Shown here: positions 13,750 to 25,064 of the stretch, piece after piece
How the letters are laid out: each line of letters begins with the position of its first letter
Numbering within the stretch: the stretch's first letter is position 1
Source of the DNA: Halocafeteria seosinensis
Lineage: Eukaryota
Assembly (NCBI GenBank): GCA_001687465.1
Contig: LVLI01000268.1
Span: 1 to 64,000 of the forward strand
Direction: 5' to 3'
Length of the DNA stretch: 64,000 nucleotides
Program-made: the position numbers and the translations under genes
Notes under the pieces: model-generated
What the model was told of the DNA's origin: nothing
The model's database searches: none
The model's input: the letters and a program-made list of their open reading frames with translations, nothing else

Positions 13750-15851
13750 TCAAGTTAAACGGGTTTCTTCCGCTACGTTGAATATGTAGGTGCCGACGCT
13801 ACGGCTCTTCTGGTGCAGGTTAGTTTCTACTCGTTCAAACCCTTGTTCCATGTATTCCTGTTTCGAGACCGTATACTCCGGGAACCGAGGAGAGGCGGCA
13901 AATGCACTAGCTCCTCGCCAACAGCCTACCGAATGACTGCACATTAACGCCGTGAATTTGTGTTTCTAATGATAAGATCAGTATTTAGGTTTGCTTCGGC
14001 GGTCCACATACTCTTGTGTGTTCCTGATATTCAGGCTATTATCACTCGGGCACCGGCAACGCAACTCGTCGTACCTGCATCAGGAAGAATCGTCTACATA
14101 GAGGAGGAGAGCTGTCAGTTTACCTAGCAACAGAGTTCTCTTACAGTCTCTCGTGAATACCTCTGAACTGCATGTTTCCTCCAGCCAATATAATGTTATT
14201 CCACAATAGAGGTTGATACTCCGCCGGACAGGCCGATATGGAACGCTCCACCGCATCCACGAGCCCTCCTTGGTGTAGCCCAGTGAAGGCAGGGCTGAAC
14301 AGGACTTCTGGTACGGCAATTCTTTCGCAATTTATCACAGCTACCGTTTGATTCGTATCTGGCTCTTCCTCCTGCTGCTCTTCAGTGTGCTGATTGTCTT
14401 CGTGTTGCTCTTCACAATGTTGTAATCGGGTTTGCCGGTAGGGGTCATGGTCGCTACCCTGTACGTTATTGCAAAGACAGGTATAAAAAGAATAAAAAAC
14501 CAAAGGGACACTGTTTACGTATCTTACCTTTGCATAACCTTTGTGAAAATTTAGATGGTCTGGAAGAACGTATTCTCGCCGAAGCCCAAAGCCAATTCCA
14601 CCAGAACTGCTATCTACTTGGTCGTCGTCAAAGATTTCCTTAGCAGCAGAGATGTATTGTTTCGTTTCGGGAGGCAACTCTTTGTGTGCCAAGTCCGTTT
14701 CTTTCCATGTGTGCGGAATATCGTCCCCTATTTCTTTCTTCATATCTTGCTGTACAAGTGCATGTGCCCATGCTGTGCTCTCATATCTCGATGCCTTACC
14801 TTTTCTTTTTTCTGCGCCTGGACAATAGCGATAGTATGATTTTTCGAGAGATGTTAGTGTATCCGATGATGCAAGACGGTGTGCAAGCGGCCACACCGAA
14901 GAGAAGTTCCTAGAGACATAACACAGTTGTTCTTTGATTCTGTTGGCCTCATCGAATGCATCTTGGATATTCCATTGGCGGTAACTGACTATATCCTTGA
15001 GATAGTTCGTCAAGTATTTGCCCCCAACATCAACCCTCTTGATTCCTGCAGCGTATGGGCTACCGTGAAGTATAGGTACAGCGTGGGTGAAAGAAAACCC
15101 GCTATTCACGACCAGACCACAATGGAAGGCTGGTGGTAGCTGTATTGCAGCCGCCGCTGGAGTTATTTTTCGAATCTCGTTCACGTCGACTTGACCGAAT
15201 TGAATACCATGCCCATCGGTGTCCTGGTGAGAGGCCCCACGAACGTTTCGTTCTTGTTGATTTTTTATTTCCTCTATATACTCGGAGGCAGACGTTCCTA
15301 GATGTTCCAAAAACATTAATGGTTCACTGTTGGCCATGGCAAAGGACTGGAATCCAAATTGTTCAAAAACCATTTCGCAGAGATACTTTGTGATGGTGCT
15401 CGCGTTGAAATAGGGCTGAGTGCATAGTAAAGCATGCTCTTGAGGGTGTATATCCAGCACTTCTTCACTAAAGACCCTCTCCCATAATGTCTTCTGGGTA
15501 TCAAAATCTGTGATGTAGCCTCGTTGTATAGGCCGCGTGTATCTCAACTGAGACTTATCTGCATCCATACAAGAATACCGGCCGTGAATAGACGAAGACA
15601 ACGCATCAGTAGTCCATGAGGAGTAGTACCATTCACATGTGTCTCTATATCGTCCCCTATAAGGGTATTAATCTGCTTCTCCACATGCGCTGTGGCATTT
15701 ACCATGTCGCTGCACGTGCTCATCAAACGTCCATGCCCACACCTTAGGCTCTCCACATGAAATACACGTACCATGCAGGCTCCCTGAGCCCTGCGAAGCC
15801 AGCACGAAGCTTGTATCCGCCATTATCGAGGACAATGGGAGGGCGCTCCAT
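13750..15851 (-). CDS. ARP6: Actin-related protein 6 (SWR1 complex)
   Basis: MERPPIVLDNGGYKLRAGFA start; KRVDVGGKYLTNYLKDIVSYRQWN..IKEQLCYVS; REYVLPD; ERIAVPEVLFSP. Confidence 0.88.
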
Positions 15852-15961
15852 CTCACTTCACAAAATACAACACCCTGGATTGTTTGTATAACGAAATGCC
15901 TTTTCTCTCTCTCTCTGTCTCTGGCTCTTTATAGAAGGTAGATATTCTATTCGTCTATATA

Positions 15962-18900
15962 ATGTACCGTCGAGTGAAATGGGCGCGCTTGGCATCATTT
16001 AACAATCCAAATAGACTCGTCCGGACAGTGACATGGGCTCCGCGAAGCTCGACACAGAGGTTCTATGGGCTCTGGACAGTCCCCATGACGGCTCCACAGG
16101 AAGCATGGAGTCGTTCTCATGCCACTCAGAGTTCCCGCGATCTCATCGTGGGCAGACTTTGGGGGTACGCCAAGGAATGGAAAGAAATTCGACAGACTCT
16201 CCGGGTGACGGAACCGAGCTATTCGCTCCAAAAGGACCTTTTCCACAAATTGGAGGAGACCTACAATACGACGATGAAACACATTCCCGAAGCAAAGTCC
16301 CACAAACAGCCGGTCTCCTCCTGGACGTCGTCGTTGGAATTGCTGAAGGCAGCCACGGCCATCAACACGACCTCGATTGATGCGGTATTGATTCTCGAAC
16401 AGCAGGGCATGAATATGAATGGGTATCCAAGCGATATGCGAGATATTTCCACAAAGCTAACGACGGCATTGAACCAGTATATGCTGGCGTGGCTCGAGGA
16501 CGTGCAGGAATGGCGGCGCTTGGATGTTAGCGAGTTGGTTCTCGTGGCCGGTTCGGTACTTCATGCATCTAACAAGCTAAAGCTTGCTGCAGGAGATGTA
16601 ACGTTGCTGGGGCAGCGATCCGCGAGTGCGGTAATGCAGAAACTGAAACTGGATGATGACGGGAACGGGAACTTCTTGAGTGAGGAACTGCTTCAGAGAT
16701 TGTCACTATTCTGCAGGCTTCTGCTTACTAGGTCGTTCCGATGGGGCAACCGGTTACAGGAGGACTCCCCGGAAGTCAAAGTCTGTCAACTGTTCCTAAG
16801 ACACGTGGGCACTGGATCCCAGTTGAGAGAGGATGATCTTGTAAATTCTATTCTAGTCTTTTCTTCGCTCCTACGAAATGAATGGGTCCAGCATGACTAC
16901 TTGTATAGATTTATGACTGTACTAGGTCGTTTCCTAGATATTGGCCGTGAGACAGACGTACCCGTAAAACACCAGGCGTTAGTTTTGGATTCCCTTCACA
17001 AACTAAGCAAGGAATTGTGTGGGGCTAAGCGCCGTGATCTTGGTGGAAACCAGCGTGATACTGCTGAGGAGATTATGGCACAGGGGATTCGGTTAACGTC
17101 TCAGATGTGTGACGAGATGAAAACTACGGATACACACATTCCCGAAGTTTTGAAATACTCTTTGGAGTGCTTAGCAAATTGGAGGACAGTTGTTGCCAGA
17201 AGGGAGCTAAGCGAACGGTTTACTCAGAATATGCACTTTGTGGTAGAAGCATTTCTGAAACAGCTTCCGTCCTTGGGGAGTAAACAGGTGTTGGATGCTG
17301 TCCGCCCCCTCACTTTAATGAAAAGCAAACAGTTGGGCTTGCAGCATGGACTGGGAAATTCAGACTTGTGTCTACCCCTCCGAAGATTGGTATCGTCTGT
17401 GGAAGGGTCACGAGCGGCTTCAAGTGCTCAACTTAGGGATATAGTAGGAACAGCTAAAAAGGCTTTGACATCTTCACAACCCCATCGAACTTCTCACTAC
17501 AATGCGATACAAAGCCTGCATTATGTTGTTTCGAGAAACAAGAAGCTTAGTGGGGCCGATCTTCGTGAGGTTGCTGAATGCATCGAAGCTTTCCAAAATA
17601 CCCGGCTGACAAGAAAAAATCAGCTGATGGCTGCTACACTGTTGTCTAAAATACTAAAACAAGAGAAAGCTAAGGGCACGGCAAAGTCTGAGACGTTTGT
17701 ATATGACGTATTAACAAACGTACAGGTGAACGAGCTACAGATTGAAGATTTATCTCTGCTTTCGGTAACTTTGGTAAACTACGTTGGCAGCATGGGCCAA
17801 CACAGGGAAGCTATCGACCGAGTAATAACCATGGCACTAGATCGAGTCCGGGAACTTGTTTTACGGGAGCCAGATAATCTGCAACCCGAGGACTTCGAAA
17901 ATATGGGTACCATGTTCCATCACTTAAGTTTGTTACATATACCAGCAGATACTGCAGATTTTTCCGAAGTATGCAAGATATTGTTTGACAAACAAAATAT
18001 TCACAAGTTTTCGCTGGCAAGCATGGCTGGTATCCTTCGGGGCTTGTCGAGCGCATTTTGCGGATCAGATACACAGTCTCCGTTGCCAGTTTGGTGCACC
18101 CGCCAGATTCAAAACTTCTGCGTGACTCGCCAGGATGGGTTGAAGCACTTGTCATTGGGGCGTTTGAAAACTGTAATGTTTGCTTTGACGACATTTGTGA
18201 GACATGACGACCTCACTCCGGGGCCGTGCATCCACTGGGAGAAAGAGGTTGGCATGGGCCGGCATGATCACTATCCTCGTTTACGTCTAGAAACCAACTT
18301 CGAGTCTGCGCTTATTGCTAAGCTATACGACCACTCAATGAATAATCCTCATTTGCTATCTGACTGGGCAGCTCTGCTGCGATGCATCAGCAAAGTTTCA
18401 TGGAGGCGAGAGAAGCGGAATGGGAACCAACCGGATGTGGCTACTCTTCCGGCGTTGATTGCCAACTTGTGCCGAAAATGGGAAAACCATCTGCATGCCT
18501 TCGCATCGGGAGATTTAGAAAGGATTTTGATCGCTATGGGATCTCCGGCGTTATACACGACCATTAAGGACTCTCGAGTTTGCTCATCGTTCCTTAATGA
18601 CGCCGTATCGAGAATTCCAGTGACAAGCGAGGGGCACCTTTCCTCTCCGGATATTGTTTGTCTGATTTGCACTATGTGTTCTCAGTTTGAAACACTTGAT
18701 CCGCACGCGTTAGAAAAAAGCACTTCAAGTCTTCTAAGAACGCTTTGTGGCTCTCAAAATCTCCGGGATTTGTCGCCGCGATTATTGTGCCATCTGTGGG
18801 GTGCGGTTGCGGAATCTGGTGCTGGCAGGGAACCATCTTGCGTGCAGTGTTTGGATCAACTGACGGGGCAGTGGATAGTACATCGAAACGGGACGCACGG

Positions 18901-19426
18901 TTCTATTTGGCTATCATGGGTGCATTGGTATGCTTCTTGCCTCAAAGCATGTCAGGAACACGCGGTGGACCTGCCCTGGGCACAAGCCGCTGTTAGTAGC
19001 CCGAGAGTGGTAGCGAATCAGCTTCTTAGTCAAGAAACTTTAGAAAATGACGCTATATTACTATCACCGTTTGCCATACGATATCCAATAGAGAAGGAAG
19101 GCGTTCGCAGTAGGAAAGAGTGGAAAAGCACCGTAGAGAAAATAGCAACAAGGCTGAGCCAGTGCACTGAGGTCGAAACGTTCACTACGTTTGCCGGCCT
19201 CCCTGTGGACCTTCTTTGCCGCAACGATAACCTGGCAATTATTTGCGAAATGCCATCGGATCGTACATGCATTCCTAACGGAGACACGGCATCGAAACCA
19301 CGTCTCAATGGCATCGTCGAAGCTCTAAAGGAAGCGGGTGCGGAGGTATTGACCGTCCCAGTCTACAGAGGCCAGCCTCTGGAGCTACGCAAACTCGAAC
19401 GTATTTTAGAGCACGAGCAAGCATAA
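15962..19426 (+). CDS. Intronless 1154-aa Leu-rich helical protein, probably mitochondrial, with degenerate C-terminal RAP-like domain
   Basis: Long ORF; Arg-rich acid-free N-terminus; C-terminal FAGLPVDLL..LAIICE....LKEAGAEVLTVP resembles the RAP pattern. Confidence 0.6.
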   Translation: MYRRVKWARLASFNNPNRLVRTVTWAPRSSTQRFYGLWTVPMTAPQEAWSRSHATQSSRDLIVGRLWGYAKEWKEIRQTLRVTEPSYSLQKDLFHKLEETYNTTMKHIPEAKSHKQPVSSWTSSLELLKAATAINTTSIDAVLILEQQGMNMNGYPSDMRDISTKLTTALNQYMLAWLEDVQEWRRLDVSELVLVAGSVLHASNKLKLAAGDVTLLGQRSASAVMQKLKLDDDGNGNFLSEELLQRLSLFCRLLLTRSFRWGNRLQEDSPEVKVCQLFLRHVGTGSQLREDDLVNSILVFSSLLRNEWVQHDYLYRFMTVLGRFLDIGRETDVPVKHQALVLDSLHKLSKELCGAKRRDLGGNQRDTAEEIMAQGIRLTSQMCDEMKTTDTHIPEVLKYSLECLANWRTVVARRELSERFTQNMHFVVEAFLKQLPSLGSKQVLDAVRPLTLMKSKQLGLQHGLGNSDLCLPLRRLVSSVEGSRAASSAQLRDIVGTAKKALTSSQPHRTSHYNAIQSLHYVVSRNKKLSGADLREVAECIEAFQNTRLTRKNQLMAATLLSKILKQEKAKGTAKSETFVYDVLTNVQVNELQIEDLSLLSVTLVNYVGSMGQHREAIDRVITMALDRVRELVLREPDNLQPEDFENMGTMFHHLSLLHIPADTADFSEVCKILFDKQNIHKFSLASMAGILRGLSSAFCGSDTQSPLPVWCTRQIQNFCVTRQDGLKHLSLGRLKTVMFALTTFVRHDDLTPGPCIHWEKEVGMGRHDHYPRLRLETNFESALIAKLYDHSMNNPHLLSDWAALLRCISKVSWRREKRNGNQPDVATLPALIANLCRKWENHLHAFASGDLERILIAMGSPALYTTIKDSRVCSSFLNDAVSRIPVTSEGHLSSPDIVCLICTMCSQFETLDPHALEKSTSSLLRTLCGSQNLRDLSPRLLCHLWGAVAESGAGREPSCVQCLDQLTGQWIVHRNGTHGSIWLSWVHWYASCLKACQEHAVDLPWAQAAVSSPRVVANQLLSQETLENDAILLSPFAIRYPIEKEGVRSRKEWKSTVEKIATRLSQCTEVETFTTFAGLPVDLLCRNDNLAIICEMPSDRTCIPNGDTASKPRLNGIVEALKEAGAEVLTVPVYRGQPLELRKLERILEHEQA

Positions 19427-21157
19427 ATTCCTCCGGGAACTAATCCGCTCTATTGCGTTAACCGAACACTGCTCGACAGACCGCTCGATGGTAGCCGCTC
19501 ACCACGTAAGTACATTTTCGATGTATGAATCCGTGGTTAAGGGGTCAGCACCGTTCGGTGGATTTGGGTAGGTCCCACCGGATACACGACTCACTGGAAT
19601 GCGCAAAGAATTGGAGGACAAAGGATTCGCAGACATGACACGATAGGAGTGAAATTGGGTGCAGGGGTCACATGCCAGTGGCTCGTCGAGCGAAACATAA
19701 GGAAGTGGCCCAGCGAGCAAAGTTCATGTCGACCAGGCCCCTCACAAGAGACAGACTAACCAGGATAGCAGGGACACCCGTTAGTAGGGGCCCTTACCAT
19801 CACGGAGACTCGTTCGGTAGGAGCAATACTGATACACACTCACGACGAAGAGCGCGATGAAGATCATACGAGTATAATAGCAGTTGAGGGAATTATAAAT
19901 ATTTTTTTGATGTTGGATTAGCAATTCGGTTCTTTAAGAACGAGCTCCTAAACTAGGTATTCCTAAAGTACATTACGTACGAATTCCATGAAGCTCCCGC
20001 TAAACGTACTTCCGCGGGCATGTGAAACGGTGTGTCGTCCGAGCTGCCCCTTGCTGTCCACCTTCCCTTCGCGAATAACAGCATTTCTTGTTAAGACTTG
20101 TTTGCACGCTTGTAGCTGAATTGACAGTTCTGTTGTTGCACGAGAGAGCCACACGTAAACTCTTCGGCATTTCGTGACTACCGCGCAATTTGAAACGTAA
20201 GTAGAATAGTATCATCTTGCTCGTAGATTCTTCCGGTAGGACGTATACAATACACACAGGGAGAAATTAATAAAAAATGTCGTAGCAGTAGCAAGACTAC
20301 CAAAAAACCAGGTCATCTGTCATCATGTGTCATGTCGGCGAAGCATTTGGATGGCATTCTCTTCATTGCCCCATCCCAGTGCGTGGTGCAGCCGTTCGTC
20401 TATCGGATGCTGCTTCGTTGCCACAAACTTCGTGGTCCGATTCCTGTACTAAGTCCGGGCCAAATGCCCGGACAAAATGACACCACTTCATTGCCTTTTT
20501 TAAATACGACACATTCGGTTTAGAGAGTTTGTATGGGTCATTTCTCCCGCTCAGCCATCAATTTAACACGTTCTAGAGTAATCGAAAAGTGTTCAGAGCG
20601 TCGCTGATCGAAATAGAGCTAGAGGAACGGCCAAAGAAGTACGTGAGAACTCGCTTCCAAGGCGTGGGACCTTCTCTTTGTCCCTGTCGTAGGGACTTTT
20701 TAAAGCACCATTTCTTTTGTTACACAATTTATAATTGTGCCATCTTCTTTCTGGGGTAGTTGGTTTGCTCATGGATGCTAGAGGAATGGAGAAAGAAGCG
20801 AAATATGCTTGGGGAACTAGGACAGGGACTCCTGGTCCTTTTGGGAATCAATACAATGATACTCTTCATGTTTGCCCCCCCTATTGTCGCTGCGACGACT
20901 CCGCTATACTAATGAACTCTTTCGGCTTTTCCAACCTGCAGGTGTCTCTATTGGATAAAGAAATTCCATAGTTTTCAGGGAGGCTTCCCGGACAGCATGT
21001 CTTGTTCTGCGTTGGTAGCGACTTAGCAGGATACGTGGCAGGATCCACTTAGTCATACGAGGAAAAGAAACATACTCTGACACTCCCCAGACAGAATAAC
21101 TTAAGGGGAGAAACTTAATTTGAGTATTTATTGGATCATTTTTGTCTCTGGGGGAAA

Positions 21158-24100
21158 ATGGATCGTCGAGGTCGTGAACCTGAGAAACTCAACACACAAG
21201 GCAGACGACCGGATTATCCACGACGAGGTAATGGTGTCCCAGCTACGCACCGTGATGGGAGGCAACCCCCTCCTTCTACAAATGGTAATGGAGCTTCAAT
21301 TGGGGTATCTGTAAATGATGAGACTTTGTACGAAAACTCCCCTGTGGATGCTTTGTTGACGGAGGCCCATAAGTTTTATAATGCTGGTCATTTTGACAAG
21401 TGCGGTCAACTCTGTGAATTCATATACAAGCATCGAGACAGTCAGAATCAAGGCAATCTTTTGCTATTGGGTGCTTGCAAGTTTATGCAACGAGATTTTG
21501 AGTCAAGTTTGCATTATAGCTCCTTGGCTGTTGAGGTAAACCCACAGTTTGCTGAAGCCTACGGGAATATAGGTACGTGTGTGGATCTTCAGAAACATTT
21601 ATGCAAGCAGTAGTCGCGGACAATCTATTAAAATCGTACAGGCAACGTATATAAAGAAAAAGGGGATTTGGAAACAGCCATGCAATATTACCAGAAAGCA
21701 GCGTCTATTAAACCGCAGTTCGCGGATGTGCATGGCAATATGGGGTCCGTGTATCTCCACCAGAACAAACGGGATTTGGCGTTGCATCACTACGAAAGAG
21801 CAGTTCAGATTCAGCCGAATAATCCAAATTGGCAGGTTGACCTTGGGCACTTATACAGATTACATGGGAAGTTTGAGGAAGCAAAGCGTTGTTTCGAGCA
21901 AGCCATAGAGCTTAAGCCGGATTTTGCTGTTGCGTGGTCGAACTTGGCTTGCATTAACAAGGACGAGGGCAATGTTGAAGCTTCTATCCAACATTATAAG
22001 CACGCAATCGAGCTGAATCCAGAATTTTTAGACGCGTTCGCAAATCTTGGCAATGTGTTCAAAGATAGCGGTCGATTATCTGAGGCGAAGACTATGTACA
22101 AGGAGGCGCTCAGACTGAACCCTAACGCCGCGGTAGTAATCGGGAACCTTGCGGCTGTGCAGCTAGAAATGGGAGAGGTACGTCTTTGTTAAATTGTTCT
22201 GTACGCTGTTCGGAATAAACGATCTGTGACTGCTGATCCAGGTTGAGAAATCGTTAGGAACATTTCGGAAAGCGTTGGAATTACAGCCTAAATTTCCTGA
22301 CTGCTTATCCAACATGGGTAACGCCCTGAAACTGCTGGGACGACTTGATGAAGTGAGTAGGATGATTGCTAACTGCTCACTCTAATAATTTCACCGTATA
22401 CCGAATGTTTCTGTTACCCAGTCTATTGAATCATATCAAGAAGCATTGAAATTGCGTCCGGATCATGCGGATGCATTGAATAACCTCGCTAACGCTTACA
22501 AGGAGGCTGGAAATTCTGTAGAGGCGGAGAAGCTGTACAGACGAGCCATTGAGGTGCGCCCTAATTTTGCGGGGGCTCACAGTAATCTGGGAAATCTGCT
22601 CAAGGAACAGCATAAGCTGGATGAGGCGTTAAGAGAATACCAGGCGGCGATCGACGCGGATTCAAAATTTGCTGACGCTTACAGCAATATGGGCAATGCA
22701 TTGAAAGATTTGGGACGTTTCGATGAAGCTATCAAAGCGTACGAGCAGGCCATACACTTACGCCCTTCTTTTGCTGACGCTTATGGTAATCTTGCTAGCG
22801 TGTACAAGGACACTGGAAATCTGCCAAAAGCTATCAAGTATTATAACCAGGCATTGTCGATGAAAAAGAATACAGATCCGATCGCATACTGTAATTTAGT
22901 TCACTGCCTGCAAACCGTCTGTGAGTGGAAAGATCGGGATGGGGTCTTTCGCAAGTGCGGGGAAATTATAGCTCGACAAATGCGCGAGGGAAATGTACCA
23001 TCCGTTCAACCTCATCATGCGCTGGTGTACCCCTTCGATGCATTTCAACAGCATGAAATAGCAGCTCATTATGCTAAAGCCGCACTACGCAACGTTACTG
23101 TGCAAGGTTTGAAACCCTATGAATATGATCCTCGGACTGAGGCCTTGAAACTGGACTCACTCAACTGTAAGTTTCATTCACCGTGCCCCCTCTTGCCTCC
23201 TTATTCTGGAAGTTCGTTGTCCTGCAGCGCGTCGACTGCGAGTCGGCTACGTGTCCTCAGACTTAGGAAATCATCCTCTTGCACACCTGATGCAACATAT
23301 TTTTACATGGCATGATACTCGAAGGTTTGAGGTATGGCTCGGCATCTGGCACATCCTCGCTCCCTCAGCTTGCATGTTCTTACCTTTGCCTCACTTAATC
23401 TCAGGTATTTTGTTACGCCACTTCACCCAATGACGGCTCACAATGGAGAAAATTAATCTCTGAGAACGTCGAGCACTTCAAAGAGGTTCCATCTTTGTCT
23501 CATCAAGACTTGGCATCGTTAATCAAGGTAGGGCTCGAAAACAAGTATATTCTCACTTGGCTTGTCTTCATTCGGTGTTGTGTCGATTGATTTTTATCGC
23601 AGAAAGATGATATCGACATACTGATTAATCTGAATGGTTATACAAAAGGATCTCGAAATGAAGTGTTTGCCCTACGACCAGCTCCTGTTCAGGCCATGTA
23701 TCTAGGCTTTCCTGGTTCATCCGGCGCCTATTATATGCAATACTTTATTACCGATCGAATCACATCGCCTCCCGAGCTTAGCGGCTTGTACACAGAAAAG
23801 CTTGCATACATGCCTCATTGTTACTTTGTGAATGATCATCTGGCGAGCTTCCCTCAAGAAGCTGATAACATCTCAGAACCAGAAATCAATGAGATGCGGG
23901 CGAAGTACAATTTGCCTCCTCGCCCGACGGTTGTTTTTTGCATGTTTAACCAACTATACAAAATTGATCCATGTAAGTGCACATTGTTGCGGAGGGCGAA
24001 ATGGTACGAAAATACTTGACCATCATTTTTGCAGCTATCTTCGACACATGGAGCAGAATACTCCATGCTGTGCCAGACTCAGTCTTATGGTTACTTCAGT

Positions 24101-24924
24101 TTCCCCCCAGTGGCGAAGCCAATATTCGGGAAGAAGCGAAGAAAAGGGGATTGGATGAATCCCGTTTACGATTTTCTGGTGTCGCTCCTAAGTCGGAACA
24201 TATTTCTCGAGGAAGAATAGCCGATCTTTTCTTGGACACGCCTTTGTGCAACGCTCACACGACTGGGACCGACATATTATGGGGAGGAGTACCCGTCCTT
24301 ACACGTCCGCTAGAAAGTTTAGCATCGAGAGTAGGCGCTTCATTGCTGGAGGCTATTGATTGCCCGGAACTCATCGCAAAATCCACTGAAGACTACGAAA
24401 AGAAAGCTATTGCTTTGGGATCAGACCTACGAAAGCTTCGGAAAATGCAACAGAAAGTGAACTACCTTAGATTTAGACGGCCCCTCTTTGATACCAAACG
24501 ATGGTGCGCAGATTGGCAAAAATTGCTTCTTCAAATGGTAGTTGATCACCGGAAGTACTGCCAGTATTTAGCAAAACATAATTTGGAGGAGCTACATCAT
24601 CTGAATGCAGCTGGGATAGGTCTAGATGGGATGCCGTTAAGCTCTGCTCGAGAGCGCCCCTCGGCAGCGATATGTGTAGGGTTAGAGACGCCAGAACCCC
24701 AGGAAAACGGCTTTGCAATTCACCGTCGCAGTGTTGATGTACATTCTCTACCGGGGGGACCTGTGACGATCGATCCTACGCCGTGTCCTATGTTCAATGC
24801 ACCAACGCCAATCAAGGTGGGAGAAGGTGAATATCGCCCCCTTGAAGGATCGAAAGGCTACACTTCGTTAGAGGAAGTGCTAGAACAAGCAAAGATAGAC
24901 AAAAACAAAGAGAATCACAAGTAG
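21158..24924 (+). CDS. OGT: O-GlcNAc transferase (GT41, OGT/SEC type), multi-exon
   Basis: TPR array ([31 protein letters not shown]); [67 protein letters not shown]. Confidence 0.95.
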
Positions 24925-25064
24925 TGTGGTTCCATTCTCCATCAGTCGTTGTCACCTGACAGGAGCAGCTGAGAGCAACGTATTGACTTGGCGGTTCATT
25001 CTCGGGAAACTTCCTTGACATGGAATGTATTGCGGGAGGACTAAGATAATCTCGCCATTGTTGC

